Shown one piece after another: positions 21,568-30,822 of a stretch of DNA of 64,000 nucleotides. Under the pieces are notes generated by a model, which was not told where the DNA came from, did no database searches, and was given only the letters and a program-made list of their open reading frames with translations. How positions within the stretch are numbered: the first letter of the stretch is position 1; the number at the start of each line of letters is the position of its first letter. The translations under genes and the position numbers were made by a program. The DNA lies in the NCBI GenBank assembly GCA_964578885.1, contig CAZOEO010000012.1:16021-80020 (forward strand), written 5' to 3'. Source of the stretch: an uncultured Candidatus Competibacteraceae bacterium. Its GTDB lineage: Bacteria > Bacteroidota > Bacteroidia > CAIKAF01.

Positions 21568-22914
21568 ATGTCCGGTTTTTCTCAGCTCCATCCAAGACGA
21601 AATATGCTTGTTAAGGTATTATTAGTCTTTGTTTTGTCTTTAATTTTATTGATTCCGCAAGGCATGATTTCTTCTTTAATCTGGGAGCGCCAGTCGGTAC
21701 AGGAAAGTGCGATTTTGGAAGTAAGTGAAAAATGGGGTGGGGAACAGGTATTCGGTGGCCCTTATATCTCTGTTCCTTTCAAGGAAAAGCGAGAAGAATG
21801 GGAAGAAATAAAGGATGGCCGGGAACAGGCAGTTCGAAAAGAAGTGAAGATTTTTTACGACGACCACCAATGGGTGGTTTTGCCCAGCCATTTAAAAATT
21901 CATGTGAAAGTGATGCCGGAGATTCGCCAGCGCGGTATTTACCAGGTGGTGGTTTATCGTTCTCAATCGGTGTTAAGTGGCACGCTCACTATGCCTCGTC
22001 CAATGGATTTAGGCATAGATTCAACTTTAATCGACTGGAATAAAGCACGCTGGATTTTTACATTGCCGGATCCCAAAGGCATCGAAACGGCCGATTTACA
22101 AATCAACAACCAGTCTTTAACCCTGGTTTCAGGAGAAATTCCTAACAATCAAAGAGGTATTTCGGCCAAAATGGATGGTTTGAAGCAAGGTTTGTCCATG
22201 AATTTCCAAATGAATCTGGATATAAATGGCAGCCAGACCCTGTCGTTTGTGCCATTGGGCAAAACCACCGAAGTGCATGTGGAAGGAGCCTGGCCTTCGC
22301 CCAGTTTCAATGGACAATTTTTACCCGATTCATCTCAAATTGGTCAGTCTTTCTCAGCCTGGTGGAAAATTTTACATTTAAATCGTTCATTCCCGGAAAC
22401 CTGGAAAGATGATACCTATCAAGTGTATGAAGATACTTTTGGACTTTCGCTGTTTTCGCCGGTAGATCATTATCAAAAGTCTCATCGCAGCGTGAAATAC
22501 GCGTATATGTTCATCGTACTCACTTTTATCGCGCTGTTTTTCATGGAAATGTGGCAAAAGATTTTTGTCCATCCCATGCAATATTTGCTCACAGGCCTCG
22601 CCCTGGTTATTTTTTATGCGTTGCTCATTGCTTTGTCGGAACACTGGCGTTTCAACTGGGCGTATGGCGTGTCTTCAGTTGCTACGGTGGCATTGATTGG
22701 CGGATACATACGTGGGATTCTCCATTCCACTAAACTGGCGTCCATGATGGTCGGCATTTTAACAATCCTGTACACCTTTATCTTTATCATTCTGCAACAG
22801 GAAGATTATGCCTTATTGATGGGATCCATTGGTATGTTCCTGATATTAGGTATTATCATGTATTTCAGCCGAAAGATTGATTGGTCCTTGTCCTCAGAAT
22901 CTCCGAATCCTTAA
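21568..22914 (+). CDS. creD: Cell envelope integrity / inner membrane protein CreD
   Basis: N-terminal TM with LIPQGMISSLIWERQ, a large periplasmic part, and 5 C-terminal TM helices (YAYMFIVLTFIALFF...). The start is uncertain: ORF from 21547, other candidates at 21568 and 21604. Confidence 0.8.
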   Translation: MSGFSQLHPRRNMLVKVLLVFVLSLILLIPQGMISSLIWERQSVQESAILEVSEKWGGEQVFGGPYISVPFKEKREEWEEIKDGREQAVRKEVKIFYDDHQWVVLPSHLKIHVKVMPEIRQRGIYQVVVYRSQSVLSGTLTMPRPMDLGIDSTLIDWNKARWIFTLPDPKGIETADLQINNQSLTLVSGEIPNNQRGISAKMDGLKQGLSMNFQMNLDINGSQTLSFVPLGKTTEVHVEGAWPSPSFNGQFLPDSSQIGQSFSAWWKILHLNRSFPETWKDDTYQVYEDTFGLSLFSPVDHYQKSHRSVKYAYMFIVLTFIALFFMEMWQKIFVHPMQYLLTGLALVIFYALLIALSEHWRFNWAYGVSSVATVALIGGYIRGILHSTKLASMMVGILTILYTFIFIILQQEDYALLMGSIGMFLILGIIMYFSRKIDWSLSSESPNP

Positions 22915-23013
22915 TCGCAGATGTATTCCGAATGGGAAGTCGGGCGGAGCAACAAATCCGGATTCTCGTGCAGTTTCGAAATTTGAAATCTACGTTTTGA
23001 ACGGAAAATATAC

Positions 23014-23451
23014 ATGGCAAAAAACAAGACCACCTTCACCGGACAAAATGTTTCAGATTTCATCCATGGTTTCGTGGAAACGGAAAGCAAAAAGGCAGAT
23101 AGTTTTCAACTCATTGAACTGCTACAAGCATGGTCTGGCGAAGCTCCAAAGATGTGGGGGCCAAGTATCATAGGATTTGGCCATTATCACTATAAATACG
23201 CAAGTGGGCATGAAGGTGATGCGCCCGTGCTTGCTTTTTCACCGCGTAAAGCTGCGCTCACTTTATATGTGTATTCAGATACGGATAAAAGCAAAGCACT
23301 CCTTTCTCAGCTGGGAAAGTATACAATGAGCAAAGCCTGTATTTACGTAAAAAAGCTATCGGACATTCAAGTGGATGTGCTGAGGGACATTTGTATGGAA
23401 TCCATGCGATACATAAGTGAACACTATGTGTGTTCATGTCGGAAGGAATAA
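23014..23451 (+). CDS. DUF1801 (YdhG-like) domain protein
   Basis: 145 aa. VSDFIHGFVETESKKADSFQLIELLQ...GPSIIGFGHYHYKYASGHEGDAPVLAFSPRKAALTLY. Confidence 0.75.
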   Translation: MAKNKTTFTGQNVSDFIHGFVETESKKADSFQLIELLQAWSGEAPKMWGPSIIGFGHYHYKYASGHEGDAPVLAFSPRKAALTLYVYSDTDKSKALLSQLGKYTMSKACIYVKKLSDIQVDVLRDICMESMRYISEHYVCSCRKE

Positions 23452-23642
23452 AGTCCCGTACATGTTTTTCAGGGGAGGTTGTCAGCTTGTATTTAAAAGC
23501 GATGAGCTTGTATTTTTCGGCCAGATTTTATGGTTTAAAAATCTGATGAATCGTTTACATCGTCTATTGGTATGGTTCAGGATAACAGATTGCCAAGGCA
23601 TTTGGCAGCGCAAAAATGTCACCACTTAGGCTCGTTATCGCC

Positions 23643-24350
23643 TTATTTGACCAAACCTTTTCCCAAAATAAAGACGACTTCTTTTTTCTGAATGGGGGCT
23701 TTGGTGGTACGCCACTGGTCGATGCGGAGCGTTTTGCTCCAGCCTCCATGTTGTTGCAAATTACAGGAAATATGGAGCATGGTGTCCGGACCGCAGACTT
23801 GTAAAATGCTTTGAAACAATCCTTCGTTGCGGTGGGGGGCTTCCATGAAAATATGGGTGCTTCCATCTTGCCGAAGGGCACGTTCCATGTTTCTGAGTTT
23901 TTCCATTAAAGACTTGTGGTCTCGTGGTAAATACCCGTGAAAGGTAAAATGCTGTCCGTTCAGCCCGGAAGCCATTAAGGCTAAGATAAAACTACATGGG
24001 CCCGTCAGGGGAATCACAGGAATTTGCCATTGATGTGCTTGTAATACCCACTGAGAACCCGGATCGGCAATGCCAGGGCAACCGGCGTCGGAAATGATGG
24101 CCAAATCTTCGCCCTGCTTCACGCGAAACAACAATTGTTGTTGTTCCTCTTCTGTGAGGGGTTGTTTTACGGGGAAAAAGCATTCGGTCTCCACATCCGG
24201 AGTGAGCTTAGAAATCATCCGCATACAGGCTTTGGGAGATTCTCCAATCCATAATTTTACCTGCTTTATTTGTTCCCATTGATGTTCGGGAAAAGGGAGG
24301 TCGCGGTTATCCGAAATATTGTTCGGTACCATGAAGATGCGTCCGCTCAT
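23643..24350 (-). CDS. SAM-dependent methyltransferase, tetrapyrrole-methylase fold (RsmI-related)
   Basis: ISDAGCPGIADPG and PGPCSFILALMASGL motifs. The ORF extends to 24470, but the ATG at 24350 forms an ATGA overlap with the upstream phosphatase stop. Confidence 0.8.
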   Translation of the reverse strand: MSGRIFMVPNNISDNRDLPFPEHQWEQIKQVKLWIGESPKACMRMISKLTPDVETECFFPVKQPLTEEEQQQLLFRVKQGEDLAIISDAGCPGIADPGSQWVLQAHQWQIPVIPLTGPCSFILALMASGLNGQHFTFHGYLPRDHKSLMEKLRNMERALRQDGSTHIFMEAPHRNEGLFQSILQVCGPDTMLHISCNLQQHGGWSKTLRIDQWRTTKAPIQKKEVVFILGKGLVK

Positions 24351-24826
24351 GCTTTTTTTAATTGGTTTAAAATGGCTAGACAAGAGGTTTGAATCAATTG
24401 GGCAACGGTGGAAAATCCTTCTTCCTTGCCAAACCAGGGATCTGGCACGGTGCGATTTTCTCCGGGCCACGCGGCATCCGTTAAAAACTGTACTTTTTGC
24501 TGGTCTTGTTCGTTGCGCGCCAAACGCATCACGTCCTGGTAATTGCTGGCGTCCATCACGAAAATATGGGTAAAACGGTCGAAATCTTCTTTTTTAAATT
24601 GCCGCGCCCGAAGTCCGGAAATATCCATGCCTAAACCTGTCATGGTGCGAATGGCACGGTCGTCTGGTGGTTCCCCTACATGCCAGTGTCCAGTACCGGC
24701 CGAATCAATAATCAGGTCCACGCCGTTTTCTTCTGCCACTTGCCTCATGATGCCTTCTGCCATGGGCGAACGGCAAATGTTGCCCAGGCAAACCATCAAA
24801 AGATGGGGTACCGCTTGTTTTTCCAT
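24347..24826 (-). CDS. Low-molecular-weight protein-tyrosine phosphatase
   Basis: P-loop LMVCLGNICRSP near the N-terminus when started at ATG 24826, and DPWFG (general acid Asp). The long ORF to 24940 would add a non-homologous extension. Confidence 0.88.
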   Translation of the reverse strand: MEKQAVPHLLMVCLGNICRSPMAEGIMRQVAEENGVDLIIDSAGTGHWHVGEPPDDRAIRTMTGLGMDISGLRARQFKKEDFDRFTHIFVMDASNYQDVMRLARNEQDQQKVQFLTDAAWPGENRTVPDPWFGKEEGFSTVAQLIQTSCLAILNQLKKA

Positions 24827-24912
24827 GGGACCAAGATACAGGTTTATGGGTTGCTGCGCAGTTTTGGCGCTGCATGTGGAAAATTTGTACTTTTCAGCCT
24901 CTAATTGATTGC

Positions 24913-26265
24913 ATGAAGTCATTGAATCTTTCCGCAACACATCGCCTTGATGCGGTGAACATCGCCCTTATGCTGGTGTCTTTGGTTTTGGCCTATGTGC
25001 TGCCATTTGAACTTTTTCTTTTTTCCTATGCCGTGCTTGGACCCTTGCATTACCTCACGGAAATTTCCTGGCTGCATCAAAAAAATTATTTTGTTGGAGG
25101 CGGCGGAAAAGGCAATCGGTGGTTTGCGGGAATCGCGCTGATTCTTGGTGCATGTATTACCTTGTCTAATTTTGGGGATACCTTGTGGCAGTGGCTGTTT
25201 CAGTCGCCCATGCCCATTCGGTTTCCGGAGTTTGGTACACATTTTATTTTTCTGGCCTTTGGGGCTGCTTTTGTCTTTGTGCTGCTTCAGGGAAAATGGC
25301 AGCGAATACTTGGGCTCGGCGCGTTGCTCTTATTTGCTGTGGTGTATCCTTTAGATCAGTCGAAAACCACGCTTATCAATCATGAAGGGATAGAAGTCGG
25401 GGGTGTGTATGTAAAGCCCCGTGATAAATACATGGCCATTACGAACCTTACGTTGGAAATGCAAAACGGCGAAAAGCAGTCGGATGTGGCTTTGCTATTA
25501 AAACGTCAGGGTCCCGGCCAGTGGGATTATGTGGATAATCCGCTGCGCGAAATGAGGGATTTAACTTTGCCGCCTCATACTGCGGAGTTGTCTGCGTCCG
25601 GGGCCTTGCTGAGTGTGATGGATGGAAAAGGATTTCAGTTTGGGGTCGCCCATGCTGCCACAGGTCTTTTCTTCAGTTTTTTCCTTCCAACCCTTATCCA
25701 TGTCTTTTTATTTACGGGACTCTTCATGTGGTTTGGCGCGCTTAAATCGGGATCTTCTCTGGGTTTGATTTCCGTAGGGGCGCTGTTTTTTTGTGGGGCT
25801 TTGCCTTTTTTCTGGGATCCGGGGGTTGGAAATTATGTGGTATCGGAAACGGCCAGAAGCAGTTATGATGTTTCTTTTTACGATTTAAACGTACAGATTC
25901 TAAGGCTTTTCGACCGGATGGGTGCGGTGGGCGAAACCCAAACGTTGGTGTATAGTTCAGCCTTTGGTGTTTCAGTTACTCGATTTATCGCTTTTGCCTA
26001 CACGTATCATTATTTGAATTGGTTCAGCAAAACCAACATTATTCAGTGGCATAAGGTGCCTGTTCTGAATTTATCGGTGGTGGGATTGTTGTGGCTGTCC
26101 TCTGTGGGATTGTATCTTTGGGATTATCAAACGGGGTTACAAGCTTTGTTTTTCCTGAGTTTTTTGCATGTTTTCATGGAGTTTCCACTGAATGTGCAGA
26201 GCTTGTTGGGGATATCCAAACATTATATGGGTCGATTTAGGAAAAGGGAAGCGGTGGTTGCGTAA
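24913..26265 (+). CDS. Hypothetical polytopic membrane protein
   Basis: About 450 aa with 10 or more hydrophobic helices. A hydrophilic insert of about 80 aa interrupts them (NHEGIEVGGVYVKPRDKYMAITNLTLEMQNGEK...). No family recognised. Alternative start at 24874. Confidence 0.65.
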   Translation: MKSLNLSATHRLDAVNIALMLVSLVLAYVLPFELFLFSYAVLGPLHYLTEISWLHQKNYFVGGGGKGNRWFAGIALILGACITLSNFGDTLWQWLFQSPMPIRFPEFGTHFIFLAFGAAFVFVLLQGKWQRILGLGALLLFAVVYPLDQSKTTLINHEGIEVGGVYVKPRDKYMAITNLTLEMQNGEKQSDVALLLKRQGPGQWDYVDNPLREMRDLTLPPHTAELSASGALLSVMDGKGFQFGVAHAATGLFFSFFLPTLIHVFLFTGLFMWFGALKSGSSLGLISVGALFFCGALPFFWDPGVGNYVVSETARSSYDVSFYDLNVQILRLFDRMGAVGETQTLVYSSAFGVSVTRFIAFAYTYHYLNWFSKTNIIQWHKVPVLNLSVVGLLWLSSVGLYLWDYQTGLQALFFLSFLHVFMEFPLNVQSLLGISKHYMGRFRKREAVVA

Positions 26266-26282
26266 AAGATTTCTATAAAAAG

Positions 26283-26313
26283 TTGGAAGTGTGGGGGTGG
26301 AATGGTATATTTG
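26283..26313 (+). promoter_or_regulatory. Bacteroidota sigma-A type promoter for rpsF-rpsR-rplI
   Basis: TTG at 26283-26285, a 20-nt spacer, then TATATTTG (TAnnTTTG -7 box) at 26306-26313. The rpsF ATG at 26350 is about 37 nt downstream. Confidence 0.5.
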
Positions 26314-26349
26314 CAGCCATTTTTTAACAAAAACCAAATAAATTATCTG

Positions 26350-26709
26350 ATGGTCAACCATTATGAATCCATGTTCATCCTGACACCTGTCCTGAGCGAT
26401 GAGCAATTAAAGGAGGCAGTTGACAAGTACAGAGCGCTTCTGAAAGATCACGGTTTCGATATCGTGAACGACGAATCCTGGGGTTTGCGTAAGCTTGCCT
26501 ATCCCATTCAGAAGAAGTCAACGGGGTTCTATCATCTCTTCGAATTTAAAGCAGATCCTTCTTTTGTAGAGAAGTGGGAGCTTACATTCCGTCGTGATGA
26601 GCGAATCTTGCGCTTTGCCACCTTCCGTATGGATAAGGACATGATCGCTTACAGCCAGAAGCGCCAACAAAAATTGTCTGGCCGTTCCACCGCTAAAAAC
26701 GCTGAATGA
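26350..26709 (+). CDS. rpsF: 30S ribosomal protein S6
   Basis: [19 protein letters not shown]...[12 protein letters not shown]. The ORF track start at 26302 would lie inside the predicted promoter. Confidence 0.93.
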   Translation: MVNHYESMFILTPVLSDEQLKEAVDKYRALLKDHGFDIVNDESWGLRKLAYPIQKKSTGFYHLFEFKADPSFVEKWELTFRRDERILRFATFRMDKDMIAYSQKRQQKLSGRSTAKNAE

Positions 26710-27005
26710 TGAGCACTGCAGAAAACGTGAATGCACGCGAGGAGAATTCTTCCGAAATCCGGTATTTAACTCCTCCCCCCATTGAAGTGAAAAAAGCAAA
26801 GTATTGCCGCTTCAAAAAAACCGGGATTAAATACATCGACTATAAAGATCCCGATTATTTGCTGAAGCTTATCAATGAGCAAGGCAAAATCCTTCCACGC
26901 CGTATTACCGGAACTTCCGTGAAATATCAGCGTAGAGTGGCTCAAGCCGTAAAACGCGCTCGCCAAATGGCTTTGTTGCCTTATGTATCTGACCTTCTTA
27001 AATAA
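26706..27005 (+). CDS. rpsR: 30S ribosomal protein S18
   Basis: [58 protein letters not shown] overlap with the rpsF stop. Confidence 0.95.
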   Translation: MMSTAENVNAREENSSEIRYLTPPPIEVKKAKYCRFKKTGIKYIDYKDPDYLLKLINEQGKILPRRITGTSVKYQRRVAQAVKRARQMALLPYVSDLLK

Positions 27006-27013
27006 TATCCGAT

Positions 27014-27460
27014 ATGCAAATCATTCTTAAACAAGACGTTGAACATCTCGGATACCGCAATGATGTGGTGAAGGTAAGACCCGGTTATGCCAGAAATTAC
27101 CTTATTCCTCAGGGAATGGCGATTCCTGCCACCGAGTCTAACTTGAAGGTTCATCAGGAAAACATGCGTCAGCAGTCCCACAAGGCCGCTAAAATGTTGG
27201 AATCTGCTAAAGCTGCTGCTGCTAAATTGTCTACAACTACACTTCGTATTGGAGCGAAAGTAGGGGATAGCGGCAAAATCTTCGGTTCCATCAACACGGT
27301 GATGATTGCTGAAGCCCTTCGTTCTGCCGGTTTCGAAGTAGAGCGTAAAAACCTTCACATCAACGAAGAAAACATCCGTACTGTAGGTACATATCAGGCT
27401 ACCTTGGTATTACACAAAGAAGTGAAAGCAGAATTCACCTTTGAGGTGGTTGCTGAATAA
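27014..27460 (+). CDS. rplI: 50S ribosomal protein L9
   Basis: MQIILKQDVEHLGYRNDVVKVRPGYARNYLIPQGMA; 148 aa. Confidence 0.95.
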   Translation: MQIILKQDVEHLGYRNDVVKVRPGYARNYLIPQGMAIPATESNLKVHQENMRQQSHKAAKMLESAKAAAAKLSTTTLRIGAKVGDSGKIFGSINTVMIAEALRSAGFEVERKNLHINEENIRTVGTYQATLVLHKEVKAEFTFEVVAE

Positions 27461-27482
27461 ATCTTCTTTCTCAGTAAAAGAT

Positions 27483-27513
27483 ATCCCGTTTCAACAGAAG
27501 CGGGATTTTTTTT
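27483..27513 (+). terminator. Rho-independent terminator of the rpsF-rpsR-rplI operon
   Basis: ATCCCG (27483-27488) pairs with CGGGAT (27501-27506), followed by a T8 run. Confidence 0.7.
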
Positions 27514-27570
27514 GCCTTTTTCCCCGTGAATGCTGGGGATTTCTATTATTTTTATTGCAAATTCTTTTAT

Positions 27571-28476
27571 ATGTCCCAATTTGGAGCACCGCCCATCCCC
27601 ATGGAGGATGTTTATGCTTTGGAGAAGAGTGCCCCTGACCTGATTGTATATGCGGTTCCGGTCATGTTGTTTTTCACTTTACTGGAATATGGCTTTTCTT
27701 TTTGGCAAAACCGCCGTTACTACGATAACCGTGAATTGGTTGGTTCTATTGGGGTTGGACTAGGTAATCTGGTGGTTTCCGGATTGCTGAAAACCGTCCT
27801 CATTTTCTTTGTGATTTGGTTGTATAACCAACTTCCCTGGCGCATGTCGCTCAATTGGTGGACATTTTTGCCATGCTATATCTTCTACGATTTCTGCTCG
27901 TACTGGGCACATCGCATTTCCCATGAACAACGCTTTTGGTGGGCAACGCATGTGGCGCATCATTCCGGAGAATATTATAATCTGGCGGTTTCATTTCGTT
28001 TAAGTTGGGTGCAACATCTCAAAATCTTGTTTATGTTGCCCTCGCTTTTGGTGGGATTTCACCCAATTATTTATTTCGTTACCAATCAAATAGCGGTATT
28101 GTTCCAGTTTTGGGTGCACACGGAATATATTCGGAAACTACATCCGGCCATCGAATACATTTTTGCTACGCCCTCCAATCACAGGGTTCATCATGGCAGT
28201 CAAGACCAATATTTGGATAAAAATTACGGCGCCACCTTTATTCTTTGGGATCGCCTATTTGGTACGTACCAGCCGGAAGAAGAACCTGTACGATACGGTT
28301 TAACCACTCCGATTACCCATAAAGCCAATCCATTTTACATCAATTTTCATGAGTATATGGACATGTGGAAAGATGTGAAATCGGCCAAAAGCTGGCGGAA
28401 AAAGTTGTATTACATCTTTGGCTCTCCAGCCCAAATTGCCAAAGAAAAAGCCAAAGGGCAGCAAGTTCATGGGTGA
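27571..28476 (+). CDS. Sterol desaturase / fatty-acid hydroxylase superfamily membrane protein
   Basis: Histidine boxes HRISHE, HVAHHS and HRVHH. ATG at 27571; the GTG at 27526 directly abuts the terminator. Confidence 0.85.
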   Translation: MSQFGAPPIPMEDVYALEKSAPDLIVYAVPVMLFFTLLEYGFSFWQNRRYYDNRELVGSIGVGLGNLVVSGLLKTVLIFFVIWLYNQLPWRMSLNWWTFLPCYIFYDFCSYWAHRISHEQRFWWATHVAHHSGEYYNLAVSFRLSWVQHLKILFMLPSLLVGFHPIIYFVTNQIAVLFQFWVHTEYIRKLHPAIEYIFATPSNHRVHHGSQDQYLDKNYGATFILWDRLFGTYQPEEEPVRYGLTTPITHKANPFYINFHEYMDMWKDVKSAKSWRKKLYYIFGSPAQIAKEKAKGQQVHG

Positions 28477-29497
28477 ATGGATCACAGAGGCTTCCTTGAG
28501 GCCGTTTAATACGTTTGGTCTTGAAGTGAAAGCGAATGTTTTACTTCACTTGACGAATGCGGAAGATTTGGACATGGCTTTAGCCACATATATGCCCGAA
28601 CAAACCTTGATTTTGGGCGGTGGTTCCAATGTTCTTTTTCTGGATGATTGGCGCGGCGCGGTATGGCTTGTGGGTTTTCAAGGAATTGAGGTGCTTCGCG
28701 AAAACGATCGGCAGGTATGGATTGAGGTTGGTGCCGGGGTGAATTGGCATCAATGGGTTCTGCACACCATTCAACATGGTTGGGGAGGATTGGAAAATTT
28801 ATCCTTGATTCCCGGAAAAGTGGGAGCAGCTCCCATGCAAAATATTGGTGCTTATGGTGTTGAGGTGGGTGAGCGTATCGCCCGGGTAGATTGTGTAGAA
28901 TTACAAACAGGGAAAAGAATCACTTTTCAAGGAGCTGATTGCGGGTTTGGTTATCGGACTTCTTTTTTCAAAACCGATTGGAAGAATCGTTACCTCATCC
29001 TGTCGGTTACTTTTGTTCTGGATAAATTCCCGGTGGTACATACTGGCTATGGTGCTATACAGGACGCTTTACGTGCTTCGGGGGTAGATCCACAGGCGGC
29101 GAACATTCGTCAGGTTTCGGACGCCATTATTGCCATTCGCCAATCGAAACTTCCTGATCCCTGGGTGATAGGTAATGCGGGTTCATTTTTTAAAAATCCG
29201 ATGGTGCCTGAACGCCAGGCGGCAGCCCTGAAGGAAAAATTTCCCGACATGGTTCAGTATCCAGAATCACCAGGTTCGACCAAACTGGCGGCCGGCTGGC
29301 TGATTGAAAAAGCCGGTTGGAAAGGTTTTCGGAAGGGCGATGCAGGAGTACATGCCCAACAGGCACTTGTTCTCGTGAATCATGGAAATGCTACAGGTAG
29401 AGAAATTTATGATTTGTCTTGCGACATTCAGACTAGCGTTTTCAACCAATTTGGAGTCGAATTGGAACGGGAAGTGAACATCGTCGGTCGGGTCTGA
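28469..29497 (+). CDS. murB: UDP-N-acetylenolpyruvoylglucosamine reductase
   Basis: LILGGGSNVLF (FAD-binding), GAGVNWHQWV, GNAGSFFKNP, AAGWLIEKAGWKG, HAQQALVLVNHG. ATG at 28469 overlaps the upstream stop (ATGGGTGA). Confidence 0.93.
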   Translation: MGEWITEASLRPFNTFGLEVKANVLLHLTNAEDLDMALATYMPEQTLILGGGSNVLFLDDWRGAVWLVGFQGIEVLRENDRQVWIEVGAGVNWHQWVLHTIQHGWGGLENLSLIPGKVGAAPMQNIGAYGVEVGERIARVDCVELQTGKRITFQGADCGFGYRTSFFKTDWKNRYLILSVTFVLDKFPVVHTGYGAIQDALRASGVDPQAANIRQVSDAIIAIRQSKLPDPWVIGNAGSFFKNPMVPERQAAALKEKFPDMVQYPESPGSTKLAAGWLIEKAGWKGFRKGDAGVHAQQALVLVNHGNATGREIYDLSCDIQTSVFNQFGVELEREVNIVGRV

Positions 29498-29556
29498 GCA
29501 TCCTGGCGGAAAACTTCTTCATGAGGGGCGCCCGATGCATTCCTTTTTCCCGAAAC

Positions 29557-30030
29557 TTATTTTTGAAGGATGGATATGACCATGAGCGCCACGCGCAGGG
29601 TGAGTAGACATACTACGGCCCAATGCCATTGAATCAATGGTGTGAGCGTGTTATTGTGTTCGGTTCGATTTAATTTGGTCCAAAGTGGTTTTATCATCAC
29701 AAATTGCACCGCTTTGGTGGCCAGTAAAATGAAAAAGGCTACGCCATGTAAAAGAAAAAATCGGGTTTGTGCATCGTTGCTGGTGTGCAAAGCGGCCGTA
29801 ATCACGATCATGAAGGAACTCATAAGTTCAAAGCTACCTACCGGAAACTGCAATAATGCATTTTTTCGTTGCAGGCGTTCTAAATATGTGGATTGTTGGT
29901 CACCAGATACCCAAGCCATCATGGGAACGGTAACGATAGCTTTTTGCCAGGCCCAAGCCATCATACACAAGGCCACTAGCAGATTTAAAATGAGGACCGT
30001 ACTTAACATGTCTTTTTTGTGAATGAACAA
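29557..30030 (-). CDS. Hypothetical 4-TM membrane protein
   Basis: 157-aa ORF with four hydrophobic segments. No family recognised with confidence. Confidence 0.55.
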   Translation of the reverse strand: MFIHKKDMLSTVLILNLLVALCMMAWAWQKAIVTVPMMAWVSGDQQSTYLERLQRKNALLQFPVGSFELMSSFMIVITAALHTSNDAQTRFFLLHGVAFFILLATKAVQFVMIKPLWTKLNRTEHNNTLTPLIQWHWAVVCLLTLRVALMVISILQK

Positions 30031-30103
30031 AAGTAATCCTTAAAGGTTGCAAATCCGTCTTTTTCCCCCTGACCGATTAAAAGGAACTTTGTACCTTCAC
30101 CCA

Positions 30104-30760
30104 ATGAAACCTTATTGGCTGAGTGCATTGGTTTTTTTTCTGGCCGGAATTGGCTGGGCCCAACCGCTTAAAATCGGGGTTTTGAAATACCGTGGCGGTG
30201 GCGATTGGTATGCGAATCCTACCAGTCTTCCTAATCTGATTCGCTATGTGAATGCCCAAACCGGCATGGGCCTCGACCCGAAGCCGGGCACCGTGGAACC
30301 ATCTTCCAAAGATTTGTGGCAGTACGCGTTTGTGCACATGACCGGTCATGGAAACGTATTATTTTCTGCGGACGAAGTCCAAAACCTCCGTCAGTGGATG
30401 TTGGCCGGTGGTTTTTTGCATGTGGATGACAATTATGGCATGGATCCTTTTATCCGTCGAGAAATTAAGAAACTCTTTCCGGATGCGCCCCTGACGCTTT
30501 TACCTGCGTCGCACGCCCTGTTTAAAAAACCTTTTTCCTTTCCTCAGGGTTTGCCCAAAATTCACGAACACGATAATCAGCCGCCCCAGGCGTTTGGTGT
30601 TTTTGTGGATGGCCGAATGGTGTTACTATACACGTATGAAAGCGATTTGGGAAATGGTTGGGAAGATGCTTCTGTTCACGGAGATTCAGAGGAAACCCGC
30701 ACCAAAGCCTTGAAAATGGGGGTGAATTTACTTACCTATGTTTTTAATGGAGAGCGATAA
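30104..30760 (+). CDS. DUF4159 domain protein (secreted)
   Basis: MKPYWLSALVFFLAGIGWAQ signal, then LKIGVLKYRGGGDWYANPTSLPNLIRYV and GGFLHVDDNYGMD. Confidence 0.78.
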   Translation: MKPYWLSALVFFLAGIGWAQPLKIGVLKYRGGGDWYANPTSLPNLIRYVNAQTGMGLDPKPGTVEPSSKDLWQYAFVHMTGHGNVLFSADEVQNLRQWMLAGGFLHVDDNYGMDPFIRREIKKLFPDAPLTLLPASHALFKKPFSFPQGLPKIHEHDNQPPQAFGVFVDGRMVLLYTYESDLGNGWEDASVHGDSEETRTKALKMGVNLLTYVFNGER

Positions 30761-30822
30761 TGGCATTGCTCCCTTTTTTCCCTGAAAAAACCTTTAGTTT
30801 TGTTCCTTAACAAGCCGCTGCT

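Noticed and set aside
26302-26349. 5' extensions offered by the ORF track for rpsF (26302), moxR (44772), the desaturase (27526), the LMW-PTP (24940), the methyltransferase (24470), murB (28418), batA (47493), batC (49579), batD (50237) and the phosphoesterase (52749).
   Set aside because: The extensions add non-homologous residues, overlap upstream genes or predicted promoters/terminators, or use non-ATG starts. The internal ATGs give canonical N-termini and ATGA-type coupling.
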